This document shows, in pieces, positions 63,098-64,000 of a stretch of 64,000 nucleotides of DNA (position 1 is the first letter of the stretch; every line of letters starts with the position of its first letter). This stretch comes from an uncultured Spirochaetota bacterium. GTDB lineage: Bacteria > Spirochaetota > Brevinematia > Brevinematales > JAOACQ01. The stretch covers positions 448,001 through 512,000 of the forward strand of contig CAWAOD010000005.1 of assembly GCA_963783575.1 (NCBI GenBank), in the 5' to 3' direction. The translations under genes and the position numbers were made by a program. The notes under the pieces are model-generated. The model was not told the DNA's origin. It searched no databases and saw only the letters and a program-made list of their open reading frames with translations.

Positions 63098-63601
63098 ATG
63101 GAAGCTTTCTTTGAAAGAATCATTTCCAAAAAAAAGGATATGAAGGATATAATTTTTATTATTTGCATTATTTGCGCAGGATTGATTATATTTTCAATAA
63201 TATTGAGGATCAGCTATTTGAGAACTTTCTCAATTGTTCTCTTAGCCGCTGAGATATTTGGCATATATTATTTAATACGTATAAGAAATATAGAATATGA
63301 ATATTCCTTTTCCGGCGGTGATTTGAAGATTGTTAAAATAGTAGCAAAAAGTAAAAGAAGAGAAGTATTCAGTTCAAACTGCAGGGATTTTAATACCGTT
63401 GCCAGGCTGACCGATCCCCGCTATAATCAGGAAATTGGAGGGACTGTTAAAAAATTGGATTTTACAAGTACATTATCTCATCCGGATGTGTTTTTTATCA
63501 CCATTAATTATTCGGGTCAGAAGACAATGCTTTTTTTGGAAATAAATCAAAATATGCTCAAAACTATTAAGATGTTCATTCCTAATAAAGTTTTTGAATA
63601 A
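63098..63601 (+). CDS. DUF6106-like membrane protein
   Basis: GGAGG RBS; two TM segments then IEYEYSF...KIVAKSKRR. Confidence 0.6.
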   Translation: MEAFFERIISKKKDMKDIIFIICIICAGLIIFSIILRISYLRTFSIVLLAAEIFGIYYLIRIRNIEYEYSFSGGDLKIVKIVAKSKRREVFSSNCRDFNTVARLTDPRYNQEIGGTVKKLDFTSTLSHPDVFFITINYSGQKTMLFLEINQNMLKTIKMFIPNKVFE

Positions 63602-63625
63602 GTTAAACAGGAGCCTGGAGGGAAT

Positions 63626-64000
63626 ATGGTCAGGTCTTCTAATGACAGCAGCAGAAAAAATATCAGAGGAAATACTGTTACAGATGCCGAAAACATTCTT
63701 TCGGGAAAAAGTAAAAGAATCGGATTTTTTAAAATACTTCCTTTTTTAGGGCCCGCTTTTATCGCTTCAATAGCATATATGGATCCAGGAAATTTTGCGA
63801 CCAATATTCAGGGCGGAGCGGAATTCGGTTATACACTTTTATGGGTTATACTTGCGAGCAATTTAATGGCAATGCTGATACAGATATTGTCGGCAAAGCT
63901 CGGAATCGCATCGGGACTCAATCTCGCCGAACATTGCAGAAAGAACTATCACCCCATCTTTATTTACGCGATGTGGATTTTAATGGAAATTGTCGCGATG
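63626..64000 (+). CDS. mntH: Nramp Mn2+ transporter (partial)
   Basis: Manual translation [29 protein letters not shown]. Confidence 0.9.
   Translation, partial: MVRSSNDSSRKNIRGNTVTDAENILSGKSKRIGFFKILPFLGPAFIASIAYMDPGNFATNIQGGAEFGYTLLWVILASNLMAMLIQILSAKLGIASGLNLAEHCRKNYHPIFIYAMWILMEIVAM

Overview
AT-rich bacterial DNA from a diderm (TolC/HlyD, PilZ and MCP genes); the gene content suggests a spirochaete, but that is inference only. The central ~27 kb (9.1-36.4 kb) is an integron-like gene-cassette system of unusual design. A tyrosine recombinase gene (9129-10193) has two 1-nt frameshifts, an N-terminal HARP-like extension and no IntI-specific insertion. It is followed, in the same orientation, by an attI-like site and at least 14 cassettes. 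The cassettes are separated by very long (152-245 bp), branched attC-like sites running AAC...GTT. Each cassette's first ~20 nt are the reverse complement of its own last ~20 nt, with an A:C mismatch at position 11 in all 14. Cargo includes candidate anti-phage nucleases (SF2 helicase-HNH, HNH-Zn-finger repeat protein, PD-(D/E)XK), two toxin-antitoxin pairs, and ankyrin, SRPBCC, ferredoxin and unknown proteins. An IS1182-family element has repeatedly inserted exactly at the AAC core of these sites; IS21 and IS630 elements also hit the array. The flanks hold ordinary genes (efflux operon, signalling proteins, gnd-zwf-pgl, MCP, mntH) plus IS4, IS1380 and a second IS1182. Several 1-nt frameshifts across the window may be assembly errors.
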